Assembly: GCF_009914755.1 (NCBI RefSeq)
Contig: NC_060946.1
Reading direction: 5' to 3' (one strand)
Origin: the human T2T-CHM13v2.0 reference genome, Homo sapiens
DNA length: 64,000 nt
Shown here one piece after another: positions 1-31,016 of this stretch. The position numbers were made by a program, and so were the translations under genes. Below the pieces are notes generated by a model. The model was not told where the DNA came from and did no database searches. It was given only the letters and a program-made list of their open reading frames with translations. Positions within the stretch are counted from its first letter, which is position 1. The number at the start of each line of letters is the position of its first letter.

Positions 1-881
1 ATGGAGGTGGGAAAGTGAGAAGCATGTGGAGGGGGTAGATTACAGCAAACAAGACAGATTAGGACCCAGCTTGCATAGAGCTCACAGTCTCCCATTGGTG
101 AGCATACCCTCTGTGCTGGGAGCTTTATATCATTATCAAATCATTCAGAAGCAGGTATGGGTATTCCCATTTTACAGCTAAACAAATAGAAGTTCAGAGA
201 GATCAAGAAACTTTTCTGAGGTCACACAGCCAGTAAATGAGGAGCCAGAACTTGAACCCAAACCTATCTGACTCTGGATTGCACAGCCCACCCTGCTTTC
301 CCCTGTAGGGCTTAATATTGTGTCCAGAATATAGTAAGTGCTCAATAAATGCTTTAAATCGTCATTGTGTAGAAGCCTGGATCTGCCTGGATTCAAGCTG
401 GATTCAGGCTGCAGGGTGTCTTGGGGCCAGAAGGGTTAATTTTGCCTGCCTTGAAACAAAGGCCTTGGGGAAGGAGAGACCCCCAGCCTGCCCCCTAAAC
501 CCCAGAGCACACTGTCTACAGGTAAGGTCCCATGTGTGTTTGGCTCCTCATTTACCAAGCTCTCAGGGGACCATGGCAACAACCACAACTTAAACAAACA
601 ACCGCAGGTGGGTAGATAGAGCTGCTTGCGCCCCAACCTCTCCTGTCAGCCGGTTACTAGGAAATCTGAAACAGCCACCCCTTTCAGTCCATCCCTGGCA
701 CATTCCTGATCACCCTCCCTCCCAGGATGGATCTTGCCAGAAGCAGTTGGGTAGGTCTAAAGGGGCCCTTCCCGGGGGTACAGGAGCCTCGACATAGGGC
801 AGGCATCACTGGGAGGAGGTGAGTAGGGGGCATTTAGACCACACAGATGTGAAGTGGGTGGCCTGAAAAGGGGAGATGGAA

Positions 882-1170
<289 letters not shown>

Positions 1171-1619
1171 AAGGGTTGCAGGGAGATGGAAAGGGATTGG
1201 GGCACACGTCTCCAGACCCCAGTGGCGCTCTCAGTGGCACCTGGGACAGTCCACTTTCTATCTTTCTTTGGGCAGTTTCATCTCCTTTAATAAATAAAAA
1301 AAACTTAAGTGTGATATAATTCATACATCACAAATTCATTGTTTTTAAAAATAGAAGGTATCAAGTTTTCTTACCTTTTTATTAAAAAAAAAATCAGTAA
1401 CAGACAAGAGTGTGAGAGACAGCTACAGAGAGGTGCTCACTCCAACACCGCCTGCGGAAAAGGTCACCCGGGGTAGAAGAGAACCCCTCCAGTGGGGACC
1501 CTGGGTTGGGGTGGTGATGGCAGCTAATAGCCAGTGGGTGCAGCAAGGGAGGGTCATTCCTGTTACCCCAGCCAGTGGGGTCAGGAGGAGGCACCGTCCA
1601 CCCAGGCTGAGCCAGGCTC

Positions 1620-1830
1620 AGGTAATAGTAGCCTAAAACAATAGCCAAGGAAGTTAGTCAGATGTTTGGTTCCTCTATGGAAACTAAAGACAACATCTTA
1701 GCATATATTTCCAAGTCGTTTTTCAGAAACCTGGGCCCCTCCCCAGAAGGATCCGCTGAAGACTGAACTCTTTGTTGTAAATTTCTTCCTGAAGGGCTTA
1801 GAGGGAGTCACACCCACCAGCCCAAGTAAC
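1620..1830 (+). repeat. ~210-bp duplicate of an internal part of the neighbouring LTR (2254-2468)
   Basis: colinear match from aggtaatagtagcctaaaacaatagccaagg to gagtcacacccaccag. Confidence 0.85.
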
Positions 1831-2111
1831 CGGGACCACCAGCCCAACCAGGCCTCTCCTCTCTGGAGAAGCAGGGTCCCAGATAACAGGCCCCAGCTGG
1901 AACCTCATCAGCCCTTCCCCATCTCCCCTCCCCTTGCCCAGGGAAAGGGTCATCCCTGCACAGCTGAGGCTGTGACTTGTGAAGCCAGTTGCATTCTCTA
2001 GAACGGTGCTGTGCGAAGGATGGAAATGCGCTCTCTGTGTGGTCAGCACGGTGGCCACGAGCCACGTACGGTGACCGAGTGAGCCCTTGAAGTGTGGTTA
2101 ATGCAACTGAG

Positions 2112-2843
2112 TTAGATGGAGCAGGGATCTCTCTTAGGGGCCTGCTGGGCTCCCCACAAGCATGGAAATAAAGGAAAACCTTGAGTTCCTTCCAAGGAAA
2201 TTCCAAGCCCCTACCTAGCCCCGGGAAGTAAATAAGCAACTTGATAACCAAGAAGGTAATAGTAGCCTAAAACAATAGCCAAGGAAGTCAGAGTCAGAGG
2301 TTTGGTTCCTCTACAGAAACTAAATACAACATCTTAGCATATGTTTCTGAGTTGTTTTTTAGAAACCTGGACCCCTCCCCAAAAGTATCGGGAGAAGACT
2401 GAACTCTTTGTTGTAAATTTCTTCCTGAAGGGCTTAGTGGGAGTCACACCCACCAGTCCAAGCTAACCTTCTTTTCTGCTGATCCCAAATTTTTAAACAA
2501 ACCTTCTTTACTTTAACCAATTGCAAATCAGAAAACGTTGACTCTACCTATGACCTGTAAGCCCCAAGCTGCGTGATATCCCACTGTTTCAGGCCAAGAC
2601 CAGTGTGTAACCTCCATGCAACGATTTTGCCTATAACTTCTGCTCTCCTGAAATTTACCACTGCCTTTAAAAACCCTTACCTGCAAACCATCGGGGAGGT
2701 CAGAGTTTAAGCCTTAGCTGCCTGGTCCTCTTTGCTGGGTGCCCTGCAAATAAACACTTTCCTTTCTATTGCTGCAAAAATCTCAGAATGGATATCTGGT
2801 CTTACTGTGCCAGGTGAGCAGACTCCAGTTCAGTTCCAGCACA
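2112..2843 (+). mobile_element. ERV1 solo LTR (MER39-like)
   Basis: 4-bp TSD TGAG (2108-2111 / 2844-2847); AATAAA near 3' end; ends in CA; family from memory. Confidence 0.75.
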
Positions 2844-3038
2844 TGAGGAATGAATTAACTTTATGTGATTTTAGTTGACTTAAATTTAAACAGCCACACG
2901 TGGTTACTGTGTTGGATAGCACAGGCCTAGAGCTTAGAGAAAGCAAACCAAAGAACGCCAGCTGGGTCCCAGGCAGAAGGCAGAAAGAGGGTAGAATGGG
3001 CTACCTCAGCTATTCCAGCCCCGTGAAAAGGCACCAGG

Positions 3039-3917
<879 letters not shown>

Positions 3918-3920
3918 TGT

Positions 3921-4731
3921 TGATGTGGACAGGAAGCAGGAAAATGCTAGGCAGAAAATGGCAAGTTCCCTGGAGAGGCCCACACCCTCAAGCCTTGGAC
4001 CACGGCACAACGTGTTCTCACTTTGTCTCTGTTTTCCAGCTTGAATGTTGCTTTCTGGCCTGCCCCCAGCCCCCATCTTTTACCTATAAAAACCCCAGGC
4101 TCTGTTGGCAGAGGGGTGGCACAGTGGCAGAGTGGAGCAGCAGAGAAGGAGAAAAGAGAAGCAGCAGCCAGGTGTCGGAGAGAAGCAGTTTGACTTCAGA
4201 GGGATGGCTTGACAGCGAGACTTCAGAGAAGAGTTCCGCCAGGGACAGCTGAACTCTGGGAGAAGACTGCCTTTCCACTCCATCCCTGTTCCAGCTCCCC
4301 ATCCTGCTGAGAGCCACTTCCACTGCTCAGTAAAATCCTCCATATTCACCACCCTTCAATTCATTTGTGTGATCTGAATCTTCCTGGATGCTGGACAAGA
4401 ACTCAGGTACCAAGAGGGCAGGTGCAAAAGGCTGTCACCCTCACCATCCACTGAGCTGGTAAACATTTAAGCCATCCCTGGGTGGCAAAGCTAAAAGGGC
4501 ACACTGTAACATATGTCCTCTGAGGCTCTTGAGGTCACAGGTACCCCTGCTAGATGCTGCTATGGAGCTGCACAGAGTTCTACTTCTGGTGCCCAGAAGC
4601 ATTCATCCCAGCCCTTGCACCCACTCACCTGTGTGCTCCCCCACCATGAGGGGTTGAGAGCTGCAGGCTAAGTAAACCAGCCAACCCCTTCTTGAGTCCC
4701 TCAAAGGGGTCAGGGGGACTATCTTGTTTCA
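3921..4731 (+). mobile_element. ERV1 solo LTR (MER52/LTR27/LTR28 group) inserted into an Alu
   Basis: TG...CA ends; Alu reads ...gggaggattg | gcttgagcc... across it; TATAAA at ~4085. Confidence 0.7.
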
Positions 4732-5028
4732 GCTTGAGCCTGGGAGGTCAAGGTTGCAGTGAGCTATGATCACACCACTGCACTCCAGCCTGGGCAACAG
4801 AGCGAGACCCTGTCTCAAAAAAAGGAGTATCTCCTCTGATTTTATCTTATTTTCAAGAAACAAACAAAGCAAAATTTAAAAAAAAAACATTAAATACAAA
4901 CTTAGCAGGTGCTGTGGAAATGTACGAGAGAATGAAGAACATCTTGGATTCTCAAAGTCTTGCTCAGGCAGAGACACTCTGCACAAAGGAATGAACCATT
5001 CAAAAAATCCACTGAATATAGATTTATG

Positions 5029-6636
<1,608 letters not shown>

Positions 6637-6726
6637 CTATTAGGTTGTCCTCCCGCATCCTAATGGCCACTCTGCAAAATCCTCCGACTTCCCTATCCCC
6701 TAAAGTCCAAACCAGTGCTCATAGAA

Positions 6727-7364
6727 GAAGCGTAATAACTCCTTGCTAGGGGCTTTTTTGTAGATGGGCTTCCTGCTCAGGTCGTTTCTGCCTTCATCCT
6801 TCTTCATATGGTTCACCAGAAGCAGGATCAGGAAAACAGCAGAGAGGATGCCCGCGATGCTGTCCACAATCAGGACTGCCACGACCTCCATTCTCTCAAA
6901 GATGTTGCTGCCCTGGGCAGTGTTGGACATGGGTGCCTTATTGGACACATCCTGGTCCCCCGCAGAGAGTGAGATCCTCCTGGGGATGACCTCGTTGTCC
7001 TCCAGTTCCTTGGTTTCAGTGGGACCAGGTTCCCAGGCCCTGCCCTCTCAGGGATGTGGTTATCTAGAAGCACCAAGGGTTGGATCACTTCAGGGATGAT
7101 CTTGGGGTCCCTTGACTCATCAATATCTCCAGAGCCAGAGAGCTCAGAGTCATCAGGTTCCTGCCCCCAACACCCACATCCAGAGTCTTCCAGTAGGGAT
7201 CTGGAGAAGTTTGGCCCCTAGGCGGTCCTGGGTTGATGACCTCAGTTTCTTGGATTGACTCAGGGGTGGTGGGGGTGCCTGCAAAAAGCAGCAGCAGCAG
7301 CAGGAGCAGGAGGGCGGGGGCAGTGGTACCGCCATCCAGAGAGGGTGAACAGCCTGCGGTGAGT
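6727..7364 (-). pseudogene. SDC4P: processed syndecan-4 pseudogene, 5'UTR + CDS-derived part
   Basis: intronless; NHIPERAG, QGSNIFER, TM segment and MKK-DEG..D....PIYKKAP match SDC4; start codon mutated, frameshifts, EFYA terminus lost. Confidence 0.93.
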
Positions 7365-7371
7365 CAGAGCA

Positions 7372-8210
7372 ATCATTCCCAAAGTGTACAATTCAGTGGT
7401 ACTTAATATATTCACAAGGTTTTGCAACTATCACCACTATCTAATTGCAGAACATTCGCATCACCTCACCCTCAAATAATTCTGTACTCAGCAGCATTCA
7501 TTTCCTATTTCCTGCTCTGTTCCAGCCCCTGACAGCCAGGAATCTATTTTCTATCTCTACAGATGTCCATATTCTGGATATTTCATATGAATGGAATCAT
7601 ATAGTACGTGGTCTTTTGTGTCTGGCTTCTTTCACTTAGCATAATGTCTTCAAGGTTCATCCATGCCGTAGCATGGATCAGTGTTTCATTCCTTTACATG
7701 GCTGAATAATCTTCTATTCTATGGATAGACCACGTTTTGTTTATCTGTTCATCAGTTGATGGACATTTGGGTTATTTCCGCTTTTTTGGCTATTATGAAT
7801 AATGTTGGTATGACTATGTTTTGTATCAGTTTTTGTGGGAACATAGGTTTTCACTTCTTTTGGGTATAACCTTAGGAGTGGAATTGCTGGCTTGTATAGT
7901 GATTCTATATTTAACCTTTGAGGAACTGCCTTTCTATTTTCCAATGTGGCTACACTATTTTACATTCCCACTAGCAGTGTATGAGGGCCGCAATTTCTTC
8001 ACATCCTTGCCAACATCGTTCACATCTTTTGTTATTTTCCATTTGCTTTTTTTTTTTTTATCATAGCCGTTGTAGTGGCTGTCAAGTGGTATCTCATTGT
8101 GGTTTTGAATTGCATTTCTCCAACAACTATGCAATTGAGCATCTTTTCATGTGCTTATTGGCCATTTGTATATTGTCTATGGAGAAATGTCTAGTCAAAC
8201 TTTAAAAATG
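7372..8210 (-). mobile_element. old L1 (L1MB/MC-type) 3' end; its terminal piece lies at ~1305-1345
   Basis: aaagtgtacaattcagtgg...catcttttcatgtgcttattggccatttg is typical L1M 3' sequence. Confidence 0.8.
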
Positions 8211-8749
8211 TCTATCTATTGGACCAGGCACGGTGGCTCACACCTGTAATCCCAGCACTTTGGGAGGCCGAGGTGGGTTGATCACTTGAGGTCAAGAGTT
8301 CGAGACTAGCCGGACCAACATGGTGAAACCTCGTCTCTACTAAAAATACAAAAATAAATTAGCTGGGCATGGTGGTGCATGGTATCACCAGGTTGCCCAG
8401 GATGGTCTCAAACTCCTGAGCTCAAGCAATCTGCCTGCCTCGGCCTCCCAAAGTGCTAGGATTACAGGCATGAGCCACTGTGCCTGGCCTTGATACAGAT
8501 TCTTTATTGCTTAGTTTCATCTCCCTTCTTCTCTCAGAAATTAAAATTAAGTATGATCATGATGACGATGTTGATGATACTGCTGCTGCTGCTGTCTGTA
8601 CTACGCAATACCAATGGCCACCAAGAAGTCAAGACACTCTGGAGAAGACTCCAAAGACCTCTGAGGTGGGAACACAAATCCTGGTCAAGTTCATAAGGAT
8701 TTCCCTTTCCTCTTTCATACAACACCCTTGCTATTTATTACAGGAATGG

Positions 8750-8763
8750 GTTGCTATGGTTAC
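8750..8763. promoter_or_regulatory. RFX X-box-like site GTTGCTATGGTTAC
   Basis: reverse GTAACCATAGCAAC fits GTNRCC-N-RGYAAC. Confidence 0.4.
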
Positions 8764-9634
8764 AGGAACATGGGGGAGGACAGTGAATGATTCTATAAAG
8801 TGAAAGAGGCCTTAATTTGTATGTTGTCTAGGGTTGGAGCTGGCACATCTCTTCCCACAATGCCTGGGGTTACCCAAAGGGCATCAAGTGTCCCAAATTC
8901 TTCATGCCAAACTGGTCTCTGTTTTCATTGGCATTTGTGGAAAGCCTGTAGTGCCTAAGGCTACTGGGGAGAGGACCTGGGTCTGAGGGTGATCACCAAC
9001 AAAAGAGCCCAAGCAGTTGTCATTCCTCTCCCAACCCTGGGCAAATAATCCACAAATAGTTCAGAAATGGATGCTGCTGAAACATGGGCCTGGCTATCTG
9101 GATTTGAATCTTAACTTCACCTCTAATGTGTTGTGTGATCTTGAGTCTCACAAGGAAATTGAAGCTGGTAACATCTCCTTCTTACAGGGTACTGAGATGA
9201 CCAGTGTAGAAGAGACCAATAAGCTACCTCACCTACTGCCTAGCACATGGTAAGTGATCAACAGTGTAGGCCTTTACCGCTATTACGAGGCTAGTCACCC
9301 AGCCTGCTTTCAGCTCCAAGACTAGGACACAGCTAGGCGAGCCCATTCTTTCCTGTTGCTTCTCCCCTGTTCTGTGGCTACCCTGCTCTACCCTCTTCTT
9401 GGGTCTCTCTGAAGTAGTGGGTCATGCTGCCAGACTCTGCCCTTTGGCGGTGCTCTTGGCATGACCCAACCTGGGTGTGGACGGTCCAGGGAAGCACATG
9501 GCTCTGGTGGTAAATGGTCCAGGAAGGCACATGGAGTCTCTGGAGTCAGACATCCTGAGTTCCAACCCTGGTGCCACCACTGAGCAAATGTCTGTTTCTG
9601 AGCCTTACTTTCCTCTCCTGTAAAACAGGAATAA

Positions 9635-9930
<296 letters not shown>

Positions 9931-10965
9931 TGAGCCACCGCACCTGGTCTATGTTTATTTTATAAGGCTGCCATGAAGATTAAACAAAGTGGCATAGATA
10001 GAGCCACAAGCTTATGCAGGTGCTTAGTAAATGGTATCTGGTTTTTTTTTGGAACCTCTGGGAAGTGCAGCTGGGGTGTGGGGAAGGGACCCTAACTGAT
10101 AGGGCCTGGGTGGCGGTGTGGCCTAGGGAAGGCCTTTCAAGACAGGGTTCCAGTGCCCTTGAGCGTGCATTTAACAAGGTTGGAGAGGGAGTCCTAGGCT
10201 GAAGGTACAGCATGAGCAAAGGCAGAGGGGCAGGAAAGAGCTTGATGAATTGGTGAATTTAAGTCATGGGATGTGTCTGGAACTGGGGTGCAGTGGCCAG
10301 GTTGCAGAGGGCCTTGCAAGCTACCACTGAGGCTGATTTTACCCAGGGGTACGTGGGGCACTAGAGAAGGGCTTATGCAGAGAATGATGTGATCAGATTT
10401 GCATTTCAGAAAGATTTTATTCTGGCTGCCCTGCGGAATCTGGACAGGAGTGGGTAGAAATGGGCACAGAGAGGGTACGGTGGCTCACACCTGTAACCCC
10501 AGCACTCTGGGAGGCCAAAGTGGGAGGATTGCTTGAGTCCAGGAGTTCAAGACCAGCCTGGGCTTCATAACAAAACCCTATCTCTACAAAAAATAAAAAA
10601 TTAGCTAAACATGGTGGTGCACACCTGTAGTCCCTGCTACTCAGGAGGTGAGGTGGAAGGATCACCCGAGCCCAGGAGGTCGAGGCTACAGTGATGATTG
10701 TACCACTGCACTCCAGCCTGGGCAACAGAGTGACACCCTGTCTCAAAAAAAAAAGAAAAAGAAAAAGAAACGGAGCCTGCAAGTGACAGACCCAGGATCT
10801 AAAACGAGGTCAGGCTGCCTTTTTCCGCCACTCCAGGTGGCCCCACGAACAGCCTGGGCCTGGTGAACTTGGCTTCAACCGGCCTGGAAAGTAACCTTCC
10901 AATGAGCCCATGCTAAGGGCCACCCCAGTTCACGCTCCTGGTGGACAGGGGTGCGGCTGGCCCAA

Positions 10966-10984
10966 CACTGCCCCCTGGTGGTTA
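10966..10984 (-). promoter_or_regulatory. CTCF-binding motif (TAACCACCAGGGGGCAGTG)
   Basis: exact fit to core CCASYAGRKGGCRS in non-repeat sequence. Confidence 0.7.
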
Positions 10985-12268
10985 AAAGCAGAAGTCCCCT
11001 GAGCATCGCTCAGTTTGGGCCGGGCCTCCTCCCTACCCGCACACCAAGTGTGCGGTCTGGTAGATGGACACAGATTCACGGCTTACCTCTCCCGCTTTGT
11101 GTTGTGTGATGTGATAATTCACTTCCTGCCCTGAGCCTCACTTTCCTCATCTGTAGGCTGCGGATGGTGCTTCCTGCCTCAGCTTGGGCCTGGCTCACAG
11201 TCGGTATTTGGGCATGGAGCTGGCACCATCACTTCCCACCGAGATGCACAAACGTCTGAGCAGCTTTCTCCCAATCCTGGGCCTTCCCTCCACCCCAGGA
11301 ACCCAGCACCTCACTTTGTCCCACTGTGTGGCCCCCTGCCCCACACTGGCCTTCCCTGCAGGGGCCCACACGCCATCAACCCTCGTCTCCCCTACTGCAG
11401 GCTGGGGGCACCAGCGGCAGCTGACCTGGGTACTGGTTCACTGGACACAGAGGCTTTGGCCAAGGCACTGCCCCCTGCTGAGCTTCGGTTTCCTGGCCTG
11501 TAAAATGGGGCTATAATCTCTGTCTGCTTCAGGACTTAATGTGAAGCGGCTGTGCAAACTGTGGAGTGCTGTGCCATGAAGCTCTGGTGAAGACCTACTC
11601 TGAGCACCTGCCTAGACTTTCTTACAGTGGTGTCCTCCCTAGCTTGGGCTCCTTGGGCAGTGAGGTGGGCTGGGGCAGGTGAGCCTCTCCAACAGCCATT
11701 GAAACACCCGCAACCCTGGGGCCTGGGGTGGTGGCTCACGCCTGTAATTCCAACACTTTGGGAGGCCAAGGTGGGAGGACCACTTCAGGCCAGGAGTTCG
11801 AGACCAGTCTGGGCAACATAGTGAGACCCCATTTCCAAAAAAAAAAAATTAGCCAGGTGCAGTGGTGCACACCTGTGGTCCCAGCTACTCAGGATGCTGA
11901 GGCAAAAGGATGGTTTTTGCCGGAGTTCAAGGCTGCAGTGATCTATGACTGGGCCACTGCACTCCAGCCTGAGAAACAGAGTAAGACCCTATCTCAAAAA
12001 AAAAAAAAAAAAAAAAGGAAAACACGCCCATGGGTCCTTGACCTGCTGCCCTCCTCACCTGCTTCTCCCCAAAGACTGTGGGGACTTCCAGGGAGGAGAT
12101 GGGCTAGGGAGAGCAGGTCCCACCTCCATTATCTGGACAGGTGAGGCCTGGGTATTTCCAATTGCCTCATTTTGAGCAAGAGTTTTGATCTGTGGCCTCC
12201 TGCCAAGATTTTGCCATTCTTTCCTGACAAACTACACGGCTGTTTTGTAACCGGCATTATAAAATGGT

Positions 12269-12274
12269 TTTATT
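12269..12274 (-). terminator. candidate distal poly(A) signal AATAAA
   Basis: AATAAA with an upstream UGUA (12299-12302) and a downstream GTGTAGTTTGT element. Confidence 0.45.
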
Positions 12275-13286
12275 AATTATTAATAACTATTTAATGTGTA
12301 CACAGTTATCCATGAAGAAATAGGAAATACCAGTGAGTTGTTACCAGCGTTGCCCCAGGCTGGGAGAGCCCTTCCAGCTTTCCTTTGGCCTCTGACACCC
12401 CTGCCCCACTGACCGCCCACCCCCCATTCCTGTCTGGAAGGCTCGCCTGCCATCATCCCGCACATCCGACAGCTCTCCCTTCAGGGTCACCTCCTCCTTG
12501 GACAAAGCATACGTGACCCCTTGTCAGGTTTCTTGGCTGGGTGCTCCCCCAGAGTTTGGCTCCTGCCCCCAACCAAGCATGCATGGTGACAATGCACCCA
12601 CTTGATAACTGATCACTGGTGTCACTTCCACCTCCCTCCCTCCATGAGCGCAAACCTCCGGTTAATACAGTTGGGTCAGCCCAGGGTCCTCGGTGTCCCC
12701 AGAGTCTGCCATGCCTGGTGCTGGGCAGATACTCAATAAACACCCAAAATCAGGCCGGGCTCAGTGGCTCACACCTGTGACCTCAGCACTTTGGGAAGCT
12801 GAGGCAGGGAGGATGGCTTGAGCCTAGAAGTTCAAGACCAGCCTGGGCAACATAGCAAGACCCCTGTCTCTACTTTTTTTTCTTTTTTTTTTTGAGACGG
12901 AATCTCGCTCTGTCGCCCAGGCTGGAGTGCAGTGGCGTGATCTCGCCTCACTGCAAGCTCCGCCTCCAGATTCACGTCATTCTCCTGCCTCAGCCCCTCG
13001 AGTAGCTGGGACTACAGGTGCCCGCCATCACGCCCAGCTAATTTTTTGTATTTTTAGTAGAGACAGGGTTTCACCGTGTTAGCCAGGATGGTCTCCATCT
13101 CCTGATCTCGTGATCTGCCCGCCTCGGCCTCCCAAAGTGCTGGGATTACAGGCGTGAGCCACCGCGCCCGGCCTGTCTCTACTTTTAAAAAATTAAATTA
13201 AATTAAATTAATATCAATGAGTGAATAAATGAAGAAACAAACTTTGGGCAAGCCACTGCCCCTCTCTGGGTGACTTTTTTTTTTCA

Positions 13287-13718
<432 letters not shown>

Positions 13719-14381
13719 TCACCTCTGCAGGCGATCACTGCTCACTGCAATTCAGTCACTAGTGCCTGCACCTGACCCCATTTTTGTTTGCCACCCCCGC
13801 AGCCAGCCCGTATTTGTGATCACGGCCCTGTGATCAGAGTCTCAGGAAACACTTGTGCATGGGGCAGAGCAATCCTTGCTGCCTGCAAGGAAACCAGACA
13901 AGGCTGTGCTGATGGAAAATCGGCTGTAGTTACATGGGCAAGAATCAGAGTTCAAGTCTAGGAACCCCTGGTTTTTAGGCAGAGGACATCAAGGCAGAGG
14001 ATGTCAAAGCTGAAGTGAGGCATTACAATCCCCCATCATGACAACCGGTGGGCCTTGTGAAATTTAGCACAGGTCCTCCCGGCTCCAGTTGGCCACAGCC
14101 TGCCATGGAAGCCCAAGTGCCTCTGGGCACTCCAAATATCACTGCATCTGGGAAAGCAGCAGACAGCGTGGCCATGCAGTGCAACAGGGTAGTGGGGATG
14201 CCTGTCACATCTCCGATGCAGAGGCAGCCCCTGGACATGGGGATGTCCTGTGACTCTTGCCCGACAGCCCAGGCCATCTCCTTGGAGCCAGCGCAGCCAT
14301 TTTTTTTTTTTTTTTTTTTTTTGCCAATCTGCTCAAACACCCAGTTGGAACAGGAATGCCTCGTGGCACTGGCTTTAGGAG

Positions 14382-14387
14382 TTTAAT
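14382..14387 (-). terminator. candidate proximal SEC14L4 poly(A) signal ATTAAA
   Basis: tttaat on + strand, ~1.1 kb past the stop; GU-rich GGGTGTTTG downstream. Confidence 0.5.
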
Positions 14388-14570
14388 CTAGATGGTTTGC
14401 TGTTTCTAGCAGCAGAGCACCTGTTCAGACTCTACGTATATGCACCCATGAATGGTGCAGCTGCCAAGAGAACCAAAGCTAAATGTTGGCAGGATCACAG
14501 CAGGTGTGGAGGGGAGGTCACTGGGAATTCCCTGGAGACTCAGTCGTTACCCACTCAACTGGAAGGCTGA

Positions 14571-14886
<316 letters not shown>

Positions 14887-15516
14887 TGATCTGCCCAACT
14901 CAGCCTCCCAAACTGCTGGGATTATAGGCGTGAGCCACCACGCCCAGTCCATTTCCAATTTTCCATCCAGTGGTGGCAGAACAAACTTGGATGGGCCCCA
15001 GTGCTCTGCTGGAACCAGGACCCTCACCCAGCTGCCTCCAGCTGGGCCTGCCCACCCCTGCTGACCTCCTACATGCAGAGAACAGGGCTTCTCTGCTCTT
15101 CAGGCCTGAAGCTGTGATGTCCACAGGACCTAGGAACCACGCACACCCCCTGAAGCTGGAACACCAGGCATGGGTGAGTCCTGGGTGGCTGGATCTTGTC
15201 AAGATGGGTGAAAGGGCAGCTTCTGCAAGCAGGACCCATCCTCAGTGGACTGGATCATCTTCAGCGTTCTCATTCTCAGCCGCATTCTCTGGGAACAGGG
15301 AAAGAGGTTCCTGTCTGAATCTTCAGCATGGGCTATGCACTGGTGGCCCCTTCCTGCTTGGCCACTGTGCCAGGTGAGCCTACAATGAGATGAAATGGTG
15401 ACGTGGGACAAGTGGCTCTCTGCAGCCACCTCCAGCACCACCCTGCCTGGGAAGGCAGGGGTCAGAGGGGTGGGTGTGAAGGGGTTGGAGTGCACAGGTA
15501 GAGGTGGCTGGGGTCT

Positions 15517-31016
<15,500 letters not shown>

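Noticed and set aside
7153-7335. 60-aa ORF from ATG 7335 as the SDC4P start
   Set aside because: this ATG lies in 5'UTR-derived sequence and is out of frame with the syndecan signal peptide; the ancestral ATG appears mutated
8480-8803. 107-aa ORF with Asp/Ala runs
   Set aside because: caused by a degenerate (GAT)n(GCT)n microsatellite; non-ATG start in an Alu edge; no homology recognised
15457-15484. G-quadruplex-capable G-runs just after the SEC14L4 stop (+ strand)
   Set aside because: common in GC-rich DNA; C-rich in the mRNA; nothing else supports a function
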